64,000 nucleotides of DNA, taken from Anaeromyxobacteraceae bacterium (GTDB taxonomy: Bacteria > Myxococcota > Myxococcia > Myxococcales > Anaeromyxobacteraceae). Below, in pieces: positions 1-10,092 of the stretch. The position numbers and the translations under genes were made by a program. The DNA is taken from the NCBI GenBank assembly GCA_032654565.1, contig JAULAX010000015.1, forward strand, positions 512,001 to 576,000, in the 5' to 3' direction. Under the pieces are notes generated by a model. The model was not told where the DNA came from and ran no database searches. It worked only from the letters and a program-made list of their open reading frames with translations. How positions within the stretch are numbered: the stretch's first letter is position 1; every line of letters begins with the position of its first letter.

Positions 1-3000
1 TACGACGGCCTCGGGCGAATCATCGCCGTCGCCCGTCAGCCCTTCAGTGGCGTGGCCGTGGTGGGCGGGCTGGCTGCCTTTTCCTACCAACCGTTCGACC
101 CTGCGCTGCCAACCGTTCCAGCGTCGGTCACGACCTATCAGTTCGCCGTGGCCAAGGGCTTCAGTCTTGGAGCGCCGCCGGCCACCGGGGACGCCCGCCA
201 GGTGACGACCTTCCTCGACGGCCTGGGCCGCGCAATCCAGACCAGGGAGCGGCTCGGCGGTGCGGGGGCAGACCCGGCCTCCTCTATAGTGGAGGCCCTG
301 CTGACCGCCTCCGGAAGCAACTACCTTGTCAGCGGTACGGTGCTGCTGGACGGCGCGGGCAGGACTCGCGCGACGCTGGCGCCCTACTTCAGCGCCAGCG
401 GCTCGTATCGTGACCCCGGATCCGCCAGCTATGCCGCTGGAAGCGAGGCGGTCAAGGGGCCGGTCCAGGCGACCTGGTTCCAGCGGGACACCCAGGGGCG
501 TGTGACGTGTAGTACCGTTCGGGTCGTGACGGGGATGCTGTCCGCCTCCGGGCCGGGCTCCTGCGCCTCGTCCTTCCTGGAGGACGGGACCTATGCGCGG
601 GCGACCAAGACCATCTACCGAGGCACCACCCTGGATGGCCGATCCGTCCTCGGGGTGAAGACGGTGGAGCCGCGCTTCACGGCCACCACGGACTACGCGT
701 CCGTGGGTTCCGAGGTCTTCGTCGATGCTGCCGGCAACGTGCGGCGGGTCCAGGACGCCGAGGGCAACCGGATCAACTACCTCTTCGACGCGCTCGGCCG
801 CGCCACCGGGACCAGCCGGGAAGCCCCCGGCAGCACCCGGGCCACCATCATTAGCAGCGTCGCCCTGGACATGATGGGGAGAGTGAGCGCGCGAACGGAC
901 CCGAACACGGGCGGCCGGACGTTCACTTACGACGCGACGACGCCTGGGCTGCTTGCCTCGGTAAAGTTCAACAAGAGCAACGAAGAGATCCGGTATGGCT
1001 ACGACCTCGGGCGTCTCGCCAAGGTTGAATCCTGTGATGGTCTCGGCTGGTGCAGCACCGACTCCGACCTGAAGTGGGACGTGCCGTACACCGGACCCGT
1101 GGCGGCAGCGTACCAGTACACGGCAGGCCGAGTTGGATATGCGACGAGCGCCCAGACCACCGTCGCGCTCTCCTACGACGACGGCGGTACGCTCCAGCGG
1201 AGAGACCAGTGGGTCGCCGGGGACGCCCGCTTCTTCAGCTTTGCCGCCGGGCGGCGCGAGGACGGCAAGGCAACGTCCTGGGCGTTCAGCGCCAACTCAG
1301 GGTTTGGCCTGCCGGACGTGAGCATGCAGCTCGGCTACGACTCCGCCGGTCACACCGTGCAGGCCTGGGAGGGAGGCCGCCTCCTCTGGCAGTCGGTGTC
1401 CGGGTCGGATGGAACGGGGTCGTACGACGCCTGGGGGCGGATCGGGAGCGTCCAGGTGGACGAGGGGCGTGCCTCGCAGACGTGGACCTACGCGGGGTCG
1501 AGCGGGCTTCAGGCGAGCCAGACGGTGACCATCCAGGGCGCCGCGAATCCGGTGGTGTACAACGTGAACGCGATGACGTGGCGCGGGACACAGCTCATCA
1601 GCTGGCAGGACCAGGTGGCGAAGACGACGACGAGCTACTGGTACTCGCAGGCCGGCCGGCTGGTGGCGTCGCAGGTGAAGGACAACGCCACGGCGAGCCA
1701 GCTTGGGCTGACGTGCGTGGGGTTCAACACGAGCAAGGAGTACAAGCCGGGCCCGAGCTTTGGGGACATCGAGGTGGTGACGCAGTCCGGCGGGACGGCG
1801 AGCACGGCGACGTACGCCTACACGAGCACGGACGCTGATGGTGGCACCAACGCGGGGCCGGACGCACCGACCTCGGTGGGCCAAGCGAACCTGGCGTACG
1901 GCTATTTCGGCCGGATCGGCAGCAAGGGAACGGGGGAGACGTTCGGGTACGACCGCATGGGCCGGCTGATCAGCGTGACCAGGACCATCGGCGCGAGCGA
2001 GTACATCGCCTATGACCCGTTCGGGCAGCTGCTCTGGCGGAAGGTGGGGACCGCGGAGAGCTGGTACCTGGGGAAGCACGCGACGGTGACGGGGCTGGGC
2101 GGATCGGTGGCGGTGGACCTGCATCTGGAGGTGAATGGCGGGCGGGTGGCGAGCGTGAGGGTGGGCGCGAGCCCGCGGACGCTCTACCTCCACCGGGACC
2201 GGCTGACCAGCGTGGTGGAGACGTCGCTTTCGGGGGGCGTGCCCGGGGCGAGCTACCGGTACGGGGCGCATGGTGCGTTGACGAGCGCGTCCGGTGATGC
2301 GGGGGCGGCGGAGTCAGAGCTAGGCTACGCGGGAGCGGTGAGGCTGACCGGGGGGCTGCTGCTGATGGGGGCCCGGGTGTACGACCCGGCACTGAAGATC
2401 TTCCTGCAGCCGGATCCGCTGGCGCCGCACAGCTATACGTACGCTGGGGGCGACCCCATCAACCGGTGGGATCCGACCGGGCTTGAGGACCTAGAGGTTG
2501 ATCCGGCGACCGCCAAGAAGAAAGAGGACAAGTCGAAGGCCCCCCCAGGAAGCTACGACAACCCAGAGCCCATGGAAGAGGTTGTCGTCATTAGGGATAA
2601 GCCGCAGTCTGGCACCCGGCAGAACAGCATCGGGCCTGCCACGTACACGTCAGCGACCATAAGCACCGGGGGACGTTCGGGCGCTGGTGGCGGTGGAGGG
2701 GTAGGCGGCGGGAGGGCAGGAAAGACCAGCGCTTCTTGCCCGCCTGGGCAGGTGTCTGGCGTCCAGCCTCGAACAACGGCTGACGACCTCTGGCTGGGCG
2801 TCTCGATGACCGGCAACATTGTCGGTCTCCAGACGGGATTCGTGGCCGCAACGCTCGGGATTCTCGCCGCAACGCCCGTCGGCGTCGTTGCGGCGATCGG
2901 GGGCGTTATTGGTATGGCCTTCGCGGGTAATGGCCTGGTCAAGGACTTCAATACCGCTGCAGGAATCGGCCAGTCGGAATGCTTCATTGAGGATCCCCGA

Positions 3001-3003
3001 TGA
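1..3003 (+). CDS. Rhs/YD-repeat protein with Rhs-associated core and variable C-terminal (putative toxin) domain; 5'-truncated by window edge
   Basis: Frame open from base 1 (YDGLGR...). Many YD-type repeats (FDALGR, YDRMGRL, YDPFGQL). Core motifs HRDRLTSV, MGARVYDP..FLQPDP and YTYAGGDPINRWDPTGL. Confidence 0.92.
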   Translation, partial: YDGLGRIIAVARQPFSGVAVVGGLAAFSYQPFDPALPTVPASVTTYQFAVAKGFSLGAPPATGDARQVTTFLDGLGRAIQTRERLGGAGADPASSIVEALLTASGSNYLVSGTVLLDGAGRTRATLAPYFSASGSYRDPGSASYAAGSEAVKGPVQATWFQRDTQGRVTCSTVRVVTGMLSASGPGSCASSFLEDGTYARATKTIYRGTTLDGRSVLGVKTVEPRFTATTDYASVGSEVFVDAAGNVRRVQDAEGNRINYLFDALGRATGTSREAPGSTRATIISSVALDMMGRVSARTDPNTGGRTFTYDATTPGLLASVKFNKSNEEIRYGYDLGRLAKVESCDGLGWCSTDSDLKWDVPYTGPVAAAYQYTAGRVGYATSAQTTVALSYDDGGTLQRRDQWVAGDARFFSFAAGRREDGKATSWAFSANSGFGLPDVSMQLGYDSAGHTVQAWEGGRLLWQSVSGSDGTGSYDAWGRIGSVQVDEGRASQTWTYAGSSGLQASQTVTIQGAANPVVYNVNAMTWRGTQLISWQDQVAKTTTSYWYSQAGRLVASQVKDNATASQLGLTCVGFNTSKEYKPGPSFGDIEVVTQSGGTASTATYAYTSTDADGGTNAGPDAPTSVGQANLAYGYFGRIGSKGTGETFGYDRMGRLISVTRTIGASEYIAYDPFGQLLWRKVGTAESWYLGKHATVTGLGGSVAVDLHLEVNGGRVASVRVGASPRTLYLHRDRLTSVVETSLSGGVPGASYRYGAHGALTSASGDAGAAESELGYAGAVRLTGGLLLMGARVYDPALKIFLQPDPLAPHSYTYAGGDPINRWDPTGLEDLEVDPATAKKKEDKSKAPPGSYDNPEPMEEVVVIRDKPQSGTRQNSIGPATYTSATISTGGRSGAGGGGGVGGGRAGKTSASCPPGQVSGVQPRTTADDLWLGVSMTGNIVGLQTGFVAATLGILAATPVGVVAAIGGVIGMAFAGNGLVKDFNTAAGIGQSECFIEDPR

Positions 3004-3671
3004 AGTGGTTCGTCCTGCTCCTTGGCCTCGGGGCCTGCAACGTAGGGAAGCCGGGCCCCCCCGAAGTGCATCTGACAAGCGCCGAGCTGGAGTGCGACCA
3101 GCCAGCCGGTCGTCCCGATAGGATGTGTAGCGTCTCCGCAAGACTGGAGACCTGGTACACGACGTCCTTGCTGGCAGTCGTCGAGGTGGCGGGCACGACG
3201 GCGCCGCCAATGAGGTTCGTCGTGTCGATGATGGGGGGCAGCGGCCGCCTACACACCGGCAAGATCCTTCCCGCTCCAGGTGCAAGTCCGGTCACCTGTC
3301 GCTTCCTGGGATATGCCGTGATGCCGGTGGGTGAGGGCTTTCGGCTGTCCTTTGGCAAGCCCAAGTGCCTGGACGCGGCCGATGCTGGGACGCCGACCCG
3401 AAGGTGCAGCGCAGCGGCCAGGATCGAAGCGACGGAACCTATCTCCAGGTGGGTCGTGGTGGAGTGGCGTCTGCAGGCGGGCAGCCCGGAGTTTCAGGTG
3501 GTGCACCTGAAGGAAGGGAAGGCCGAGGTCGATGTGACCTGGGCAGACGCGGGGAGCCAGGTGGGGGGTTCGGTCCGCGGTCCTGAGGGAATCGTTAGAG
3601 GCATCGTGGCGAGAGCGCCAACACAGACTCCCGAGGCCAGGACCATCCAGGTCGTCCGTCGGCAAGAATAG
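3000..3671 (+). CDS. Lipoprotein, candidate cognate immunity protein
   Basis: ATGA overlap with the Rhs stop. Signal peptide with lipobox (MKWFVLLLGLGA-C). Position typical of Rhs immunity genes. Confidence 0.65.
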   Translation: MKWFVLLLGLGACNVGKPGPPEVHLTSAELECDQPAGRPDRMCSVSARLETWYTTSLLAVVEVAGTTAPPMRFVVSMMGGSGRLHTGKILPAPGASPVTCRFLGYAVMPVGEGFRLSFGKPKCLDAADAGTPTRRCSAAARIEATEPISRWVVVEWRLQAGSPEFQVVHLKEGKAEVDVTWADAGSQVGGSVRGPEGIVRGIVARAPTQTPEARTIQVVRRQE

Positions 3672-3731
3672 CCTTGCCCAACCCCAACGGCGCCCGGCGT
3701 CGTCACCTGAAGACGCCATGAGACCAAGCCG

Positions 3732-4097
3732 ATGATGAACCCGGGTCCGACCGAGTCGGCCGCTACAGCGCGAGCCGTAGGTCAATCAACAGCGGTGCTG
3801 ATGTTTGCGCTCGCGGTCTCCGTGAAGATCGTCACACAACGCCGGGGCGCAGGAGACAGGTGGTGGAGCCTGGCGGTCGCCATCATGATGTTGGCGCTCG
3901 CAGGCATCTCGGTGGCGCTGGTTGGCGCCGCGTGGGCTGCGACCCGGACGTCGAGGAGGGCCCTGCTCGGTGGCGCTGCCATCTTCCCGCTGCTCGCAGC
4001 CACGTGGGTCCTCGTCGAAGGCAAGGGGTCCGCCTGTCGACCGGGGCGGCCCCGGCCGACGCCCGGCCCGAGGTCCGGGCCGCGGTCCACTTCGTGA
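3732..4097 (+). CDS. Hypothetical membrane protein (about 3 TM segments), probably 3'-disrupted at the island junction
   Basis: Three hydrophobic stretches. The last ~20 codons (Pro/Arg-rich) are out-of-frame read-through into the kdsC remnant. Confidence 0.5.
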   Translation: MMNPGPTESAATARAVGQSTAVLMFALAVSVKIVTQRRGAGDRWWSLAVAIMMLALAGISVALVGAAWAATRTSRRALLGGAAIFPLLAATWVLVEGKGSACRPGRPRPTPGPRSGPRSTS

Positions 4098-4183
4098 CCC
4101 GCGGGCTGGGCGGGCGCGGGGCGGTGCGCGAGCTGTGCGACCTGGTGGCGGCGGCGCGAGGTCTCCCGCAGGGTCACGGATGA
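4040..4183 (+). pseudogene. kdsC: 3' fragment of KDO-8-phosphate phosphatase (HAD family)
   Basis: Translates GAAPADARPEVRAAVHFVTRGLGGRGAVRELCDLV, the typical KdsC C-terminus. Stop overlaps the next ATG. Sits where kdsC is expected, before the lpt/rpoN cluster. No N-terminal DxD motif upstream. Confidence 0.85.
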
Positions 4184-5139
4184 CGGCCCCGCTGGCCACC
4201 CGCCTGCGCCGGGGCGCCCGCTCGCTGGTGGTCACCGGGCTGCTGCGGCTGCTCTCGCTCATCCCGCTCGGCCCGGCGGTCCGGCTCGGGGCCTTCCTCG
4301 GCGGGCTGGCCGCCCGGCTCTTCGGCGGCACCCGCCGCCTGGCGCTGTCCCACCTGGCGCTGGCCTTCCCGGAGAAGTCGGCGGCGGAGCGGGAGGAGAT
4401 CGCCCGGCGCATGTTCGTCCACCTCGGCATGTCGGCCATGGAGATCACCTCGATCGGCTCCTTCGCCGACCGGGTCGAGGCCTACATGGAGCTCTCCCCG
4501 GAGGTGCTGCGGGGGGCGCTGGCCAAGGGGAAGGGGGTGGTCTTCGTCACCGGCCACCTCGGCAACTGGGAGCTGATGGCGCGGGCGGTGGCCAAGGTGG
4601 GGGCGCCGGTCTCGGCGGTGGCCAAGCGGGGCGGCGACGCCCGGGCCATGAGGCTGATCGAGGGCTGGCGGGCGGAGGGGGCGGTCACCACGCTCTGGCG
4701 CGAGGACGCCTCGACGGCCCGGGCGCTGCTGCGGGTCTTCAAGGAGAACCGGGTGCTGGGGCTCCTCTGCGACCAGGACACCAACGTGCAGGGGGTCTGG
4801 GTGCCGTTCTTCGGCCGCCCGGCCTGGTCGCCGCGGGCCCCGGCCGACCTGGCGCTCCGCACCGGGGCGCCGATCCTGGTGGGGACCAGCCACCGGAAGG
4901 GGGAGCGGCCCGGCGACGGGTTCCTCTTCGAGGTGACCGAGGTGGCCTACGACCCGAAGCCGGCCGACAAGGAGGCGGAGGTGCTCCGGATCACCGCCGC
5001 CTGCCAGGCGGTGCTGGAGGAGGCCATCCGCCGCCACCCGGCCGACTGGGTCTGGATGCACGAGCGCTGGAAGACCCAGCCGCCGCCGCCCGCTCCCCCG
5101 TCCCAGGGTAATTCGGTCCCTACCGAGGGTAATCCATGA
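4180..5139 (+). CDS. Lipid A biosynthesis acyltransferase (LpxL/HtrB-like)
   Basis: TGHLGNWE, LCDQD, VWVPFFGRPA and WVWMHERWK motifs. Start ATG 4180 coupled to the kdsC stop. Confidence 0.9.
   Translation: MTAPLATRLRRGARSLVVTGLLRLLSLIPLGPAVRLGAFLGGLAARLFGGTRRLALSHLALAFPEKSAAEREEIARRMFVHLGMSAMEITSIGSFADRVEAYMELSPEVLRGALAKGKGVVFVTGHLGNWELMARAVAKVGAPVSAVAKRGGDARAMRLIEGWRAEGAVTTLWREDASTARALLRVFKENRVLGLLCDQDTNVQGVWVPFFGRPAWSPRAPADLALRTGAPILVGTSHRKGERPGDGFLFEVTEVAYDPKPADKEAEVLRITAACQAVLEEAIRRHPADWVWMHERWKTQPPPPAPPSQGNSVPTEGNP
5117..5134 (+). promoter_or_regulatory. Copy of recurring 18-bp motif TCCC(T/G)ACCGAGGGT(A/C)ATC, upstream of lptC
   Basis: TCCCTACCGAGGGTAATC. 17/18 identical to the copies at 25667-25684 (+) and 55597-55614 (-). 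Confidence 0.5.
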
Positions 5140-5314
5140 CGCAGCGCCGCGCGTCATGCCGGACCGCGCCCGCAGGACCCGGAGTCATGGTCCGCTGAGA
5201 TCTCCGCCGGATCCCGGGCGCTTACCCGCCCGGTTTCCGGCCGCCCCAAGCAAGGCCTGTGCCCGACTGCTTGGCATGAAAAAGAGTGCTATGGTTCACG
5301 GCACTTGGAGGCGC

Positions 5315-5839
5315 ATGAGGCTTCGGGAAGTCACCTTCGCGATCCTGTTCCTGGCGGCGGGCTGTCGGCCCGCCCGGCCCGGCGAGGCGCGTCGGGTGGT
5401 GCCTGAGCTGACCATGGACGGGGTCCAGTTCCAGGTCGACCGCCGGGGGGTGGTCACCGCCTCCGGTGACGCCGAGCGGCTCACCTACCGCCGGGACACC
5501 ACCGACGTGGCCGCCCTCGGCCTGAGCATGAACCTGGTCACCGCCACCGGCCCGGTCCACGTCACCGCCCCGTCCGGCTCGGGCCGCCTCGCCGACCGCC
5601 GCTTCCGGGTGACCGGCGGCCTCCGGGCCACCCGCGGGCAGGACGTGGTCACCACGGCGAGCGCCACCTCCCGCCCCGGCGCCGACGGCCGCGTCCGCCT
5701 CGACGGGGACGAGCCGGTGCAGGTGGAGGGGCCCGGCTACCGGCTGACCGGCGCCGGCTTCGACATCGACCCTGCCTCCGGCGAGCTGGTCATCCGCGGC
5801 CAGCCCCACCTGGTCACAGGCCTCCCGACCCGCCCATGA
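5315..5839 (+). CDS. lptC: LptC-like LPS export periplasmic protein
   Basis: GGAGG RBS before ATG 5315. N-terminal hydrophobic anchor, beta-rich body. Directly upstream of lptA/lptB. Confidence 0.7.
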   Translation: MRLREVTFAILFLAAGCRPARPGEARRVVPELTMDGVQFQVDRRGVVTASGDAERLTYRRDTTDVAALGLSMNLVTATGPVHVTAPSGSGRLADRRFRVTGGLRATRGQDVVTTASATSRPGADGRVRLDGDEPVQVEGPGYRLTGAGFDIDPASGELVIRGQPHLVTGLPTRP

Positions 5840-6452
5840 CCGCGCCGCTCCTCCTCCTGCTGGTGCTCGCCGCCCCTGCCCCCAGCCCCGCCCCGGCCAC
5901 GCCGGCCCCGGTCGGGCCCGGGCCGGCCAGCCCGGTGGCCGCCGCCGCCGCCAAGCCGGTCCCGGCCCACGTCGACGCCGACGTCATCCGCTACAACTGG
6001 ACGACGCTGAAGGTCACCATGGTGGGCAAGCCCTTCGTGACCCTGACCCGCGAGGACCTGGTGCTCACCTGCCGCCGGCTGGTGGGCGACAACGACGCCA
6101 GCGGCCAGCTGGTCCGCGCCACCTGCGAGGGGGACGTGAAGCTGCTGCGCGCCACCCGGGTCATCACCTGCGAGCGGGCCCTCTACGACCGCGACGCCGC
6201 CCGGGTGGTCTGCGAAGGCAATCCGGTGCTGCGCGACGGCGAGACCGAGGCGCGCGGCAAGCGGCTCACCTACCTGCTGGCCGCCGACGAGGTGCTGCTG
6301 GAGGAGGCGGTGCAGGCCACCGTCCCCTCCGACCAGTTCGAGCAGGCGGCCCGGAAGCCGGCCGTGGCCCCCGCCAAGGCGCCGTCGCCCTCCACCCGGC
6401 CGCCGCCGGCCCGGCCGCCGGCGACCCCGACCAGGCCTCCGGGGGGTGGCAC

Positions 6453-6456
<4 letters not shown>
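5836..6456 (+). CDS. lptA: LptA/OstA-family LPS transport protein
   Basis: Signal peptide and OstA-like beta-jellyroll pattern ([22 protein letters not shown]). Translationally coupled to lptB. Confidence 0.8.
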
Positions 6457-7199
<743 letters not shown>

Positions 7200-7207
7200 G
7201 GAGCGGA

Positions 7208-8719
7208 ATGGGCCTGGAGCTGAAGCAGCACCTCAAGATGACGCAGCAGCTGGTGATGACGCCCCAGCTGCAGCAGGCCATCAAGCTGCTCCAGCTCTCG
7301 CGCATGGAGCTGGTCGACCTGGTCCGCACCGAGATGAACGAGAACCCGCTCCTCGACGGCGCCGACGACGGCGAGGAGCCGGTGGCCGAGTCCGGCGCCA
7401 GCCCGGCCGAGGAGCAGGCGGCCGAGTCGGCCCCGGAGCCCAAGGCCACCGAGAAGTCGGAGGAGGTCAAGGGCGAGGAGGGGCAGAACGAGATCGACTG
7501 GGACCAGTACCTCGACCACTACCAGATGCAGGGCCACACCGCGCCGTCCAACCGCGGCATGGCCGACGAGGAGCTGCCCGGCTTCGAGGCCACCCTCACC
7601 AAGAAGGGCGACCTCACCGACCACCTGGTCTGGCAGCTCCGGCTCTCGCACTTCACCGAGTCCGAGGAGCTGGTGGCCATGCTGATCATCGGCAACCTCG
7701 ACCAGGACGGCTACTTCACCATGCCCGGCGTCGACGGCGAGAACGCCGAGGAGGACGCCTCGCCGCGCGACCCGCTGGTGCGGGTCTCCTTCGAGTCGGG
7801 GGTGGGGCTGGAGCGGTGCGAGGCGGTGCTGAAGAAGGTCCAGACCCTGGATCCCATCGGCATCGCCGCCCGCAACCTGCGCGAGTGCCTGCTGCTGCAG
7901 GTCAACCACCTCAACGCCGACACCCCCGAGATCGTGGCCATCATCGAGCGCCACCTCAAGCACCTGGAGTCGAAGAACTACCTGGCCATCGCCAAGGACC
8001 TGAAGATCTCCATCGAGGAGGTGGTGGCGGCGGTCAAGGTCATCAGCCGCCTCGAGCCCAAGCCGGGGCGCGCCTACTCCGGCGAGGAGGCGCAGTACAT
8101 CACCCCCGACGTCTACGTGCACAAGATGGGCGACCGCTACGTCACCGTGCTCAACGACGACGGCCTCTCCAAGCTGCGCATCTCGGCCACCTACCGCGCC
8201 GCCCTCAAGAACGGCCAGGCCGGCAAGGCCAAGGACTACATCCAGGACAAGCTGCGCAGCGCGGTCTGGCTGATCCGCTCCATCCACCAGCGCCAGCGCA
8301 CCATCTACAAGGTCACCGAGTCGATCGTGAAGTTCCAGCGCGACTTCCTCGACCGCGGCATCGCCCACCTCAAGCCGCTCATCCTCCGCGACGTGGCCGA
8401 GGACATCGGCATGCACGAGTCGACGGTGTCGCGGGTCACCACCAACAAGTACGTCCACACCCCGCAGGGCATCTACGAGCTGAAGTTCTTCTTCAACTCG
8501 GCCATCAACAAGACCGGCGGCGACGAGATCGCCAGCGAGGCGGTCAAGAACCACATCAAGCAGATCGTGGCCGCCGAGGACCAGAAGCACCCGCACTCCG
8601 ACCAGCGCATCGTCGAGCTGCTCCAGGTGCAGGGCATCGAGATCGCCCGCCGGACCGTGGCAAAGTACCGCGAGGTGCTGGGCATCCTCCCCAGCTCCAA
8701 GCGGAAGAAATACTTCTGA
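7208..8719 (+). CDS. rpoN: RNA polymerase sigma-54 factor
   Basis: QQLVMTPQLQQAIKLLQL region I, HESTVSR, RpoN box ARRTVAKYRE. Confidence 0.98.
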   Translation: MGLELKQHLKMTQQLVMTPQLQQAIKLLQLSRMELVDLVRTEMNENPLLDGADDGEEPVAESGASPAEEQAAESAPEPKATEKSEEVKGEEGQNEIDWDQYLDHYQMQGHTAPSNRGMADEELPGFEATLTKKGDLTDHLVWQLRLSHFTESEELVAMLIIGNLDQDGYFTMPGVDGENAEEDASPRDPLVRVSFESGVGLERCEAVLKKVQTLDPIGIAARNLRECLLLQVNHLNADTPEIVAIIERHLKHLESKNYLAIAKDLKISIEEVVAAVKVISRLEPKPGRAYSGEEAQYITPDVYVHKMGDRYVTVLNDDGLSKLRISATYRAALKNGQAGKAKDYIQDKLRSAVWLIRSIHQRQRTIYKVTESIVKFQRDFLDRGIAHLKPLILRDVAEDIGMHESTVSRVTTNKYVHTPQGIYELKFFFNSAINKTGGDEIASEAVKNHIKQIVAAEDQKHPHSDQRIVELLQVQGIEIARRTVAKYREVLGILPSSKRKKYF

Positions 8720-8937
8720 TCCCGGGCGGTTGGCCCCGCCCCGCCCGGGGCCGGGACCGGCCCTGAGAAAGTCGCCGGGAAGAGGGTGCGGCGCCGGCCG
8801 CCCTGCTATCATTTCCTCGACATGCTGGGAGCGGGCAGCACCCACGGCCGCGGCAACCTCCACGCTCTCCCGAGCGCGAGGGCCGCGGCCGAAGCGCTCC
8901 GGCGTCAACCGAAGGGCACCCACACAGGAGGCGGTCC

Positions 8938-9486
8938 ATGCAGGTGAACATCACCTTCCGGCACCTGGAGCCCACCGAAGCACTCAAGACCCACGTCAAG
9001 GGGCGGGTCGAGCACGTCCAGCGGTTCCTCGACCGGCCCAGCGAGGCCCACGCCGTGCTCCACGTCGAGAACCTGGCCCACCACGCCGAGCTGACGGTGA
9101 AGGCGGGGCGCTTCCTGCTGCGCGGCACCGCCAAGACCAAGGACATGTACGCCTCCATCGACGAGGCGGCCGACAAGATCGAGAAGCAGCTCAAGAAGCA
9201 CAAGTCGAAGCTGCACGACCACAAGAGCGGCCACGTCGAGCAGGTGCCCATCGAGGTGCGCCACGACGTCCTCGACATCATCGAGCACCCGGAGCGGCCC
9301 AGCCACCGGGTGGCCAAGAGCACCGTCTTCCAGGCCAAGGAGATGAGCGTGGACGAGGCCATCCTCCAGCTCGACCTGCTGGGGAGCCAGTTCTTCGTCT
9401 TCCAGAACGCCGCGGATCGTGCCATCAACGTCCTCTACCGCAGGGAGGACGGCAGCCTCGGCCTGATCGAGGCGCGCACCTCCTAG
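8938..9486 (+). CDS. hpf: Ribosome hibernation promoting factor (long HPF/RaiA)
   Basis: MQVNITFRH, DMYASID..ADKIEKQL, C-terminal MSVDEAILQL..FFVF..INVLYRR. Follows rpoN. Confidence 0.93.
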   Translation: MQVNITFRHLEPTEALKTHVKGRVEHVQRFLDRPSEAHAVLHVENLAHHAELTVKAGRFLLRGTAKTKDMYASIDEAADKIEKQLKKHKSKLHDHKSGHVEQVPIEVRHDVLDIIEHPERPSHRVAKSTVFQAKEMSVDEAILQLDLLGSQFFVFQNAADRAINVLYRREDGSLGLIEARTS

Positions 9487-9502
9487 GAAAGGGTGACCCA
9501 GG

Positions 9503-9961
9503 GTGAAGATCCAGGACTTCCTGCAGCCGGCGGGGGTGGTGGCCGACCTGAAGGGCCACACCGCCGCCGAGGTGCTGGCCGAGCTGTGCGCGCCGGTGGC
9601 GGCGGCCCACGGGCTGGACGCCGCCCGCCTGGTCCAGGTGCTGCTCGACCGCGAGAAGCTCGGCTCCACCGGGGTCGGCGACGGGGTGGCCATCCCCCAC
9701 GGCAAGCTGCCGGGGCTGCCGGCGCTGGTGGCCACCTTCGGCCGCTCGCCCGCCGGGGTGGAGTACCGGGCCGCCGACGGCAAGCCGGCCCGGCTCTTCT
9801 TCGCCCTCTTCGCGCCGGAGAACTCGGCCGGCGCCCACCTGAAGGCGCTCTCGCGGGTGAGCCGGGTCTTCCGCATGCCGGCCTTCCGGGAGGCCATCCT
9901 GGCGGCGACGTCGGCCGAGGAGATCCACCGGCTCATCCTCGCCGAGGACGGGACCGACTGA
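9503..9961 (+). CDS. ptsN: PTS IIA-like nitrogen regulatory protein
   Basis: DREKLGSTGVGDGVAIPHG phospho-His motif. rpoN-hpf-ptsN synteny. Confidence 0.92.
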   Translation: MKIQDFLQPAGVVADLKGHTAAEVLAELCAPVAAAHGLDAARLVQVLLDREKLGSTGVGDGVAIPHGKLPGLPALVATFGRSPAGVEYRAADGKPARLFFALFAPENSAGAHLKALSRVSRVFRMPAFREAILAATSAEEIHRLILAEDGTD

Positions 9962-10004
9962 GACAAGCCCGCGGAATTCGTCACGAAGGTTCCTCCGGTG
10001 CGGT

Positions 10005-10034
10005 TTGACTCGACCGGAAGCGCTCCGGTAAGGT
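10005..10034 (+). promoter_or_regulatory. Possible sigma70-type promoter of the tusA-hdrA-mvh operon
   Basis: TTGACT-18 nt-TAAGGT, about 60 bp upstream of the GAGGAGG/GTG start. Confidence 0.35.
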
Positions 10035-10092
10035 CACCCCTCGAATGGGGCGTCCTGCTTCGCCCCTTCGCCCTCGAGGAGGCTTCGACCAC

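Noticed and set aside
5271..5290. TTGGCATG...TGCT as a sigma54 promoter for lptC
   Set aside because: GG-to-GC spacing is not 10 nt. An extended -10 (TGCTATGGT) is at least as plausible.
9977..9987. TTCGTCACGAA palindrome as a Rex operator upstream of the hydrogenase operon
   Set aside because: It does not fit the TTGTGAA-N4-TTCACAA consensus and is too short to support alone.
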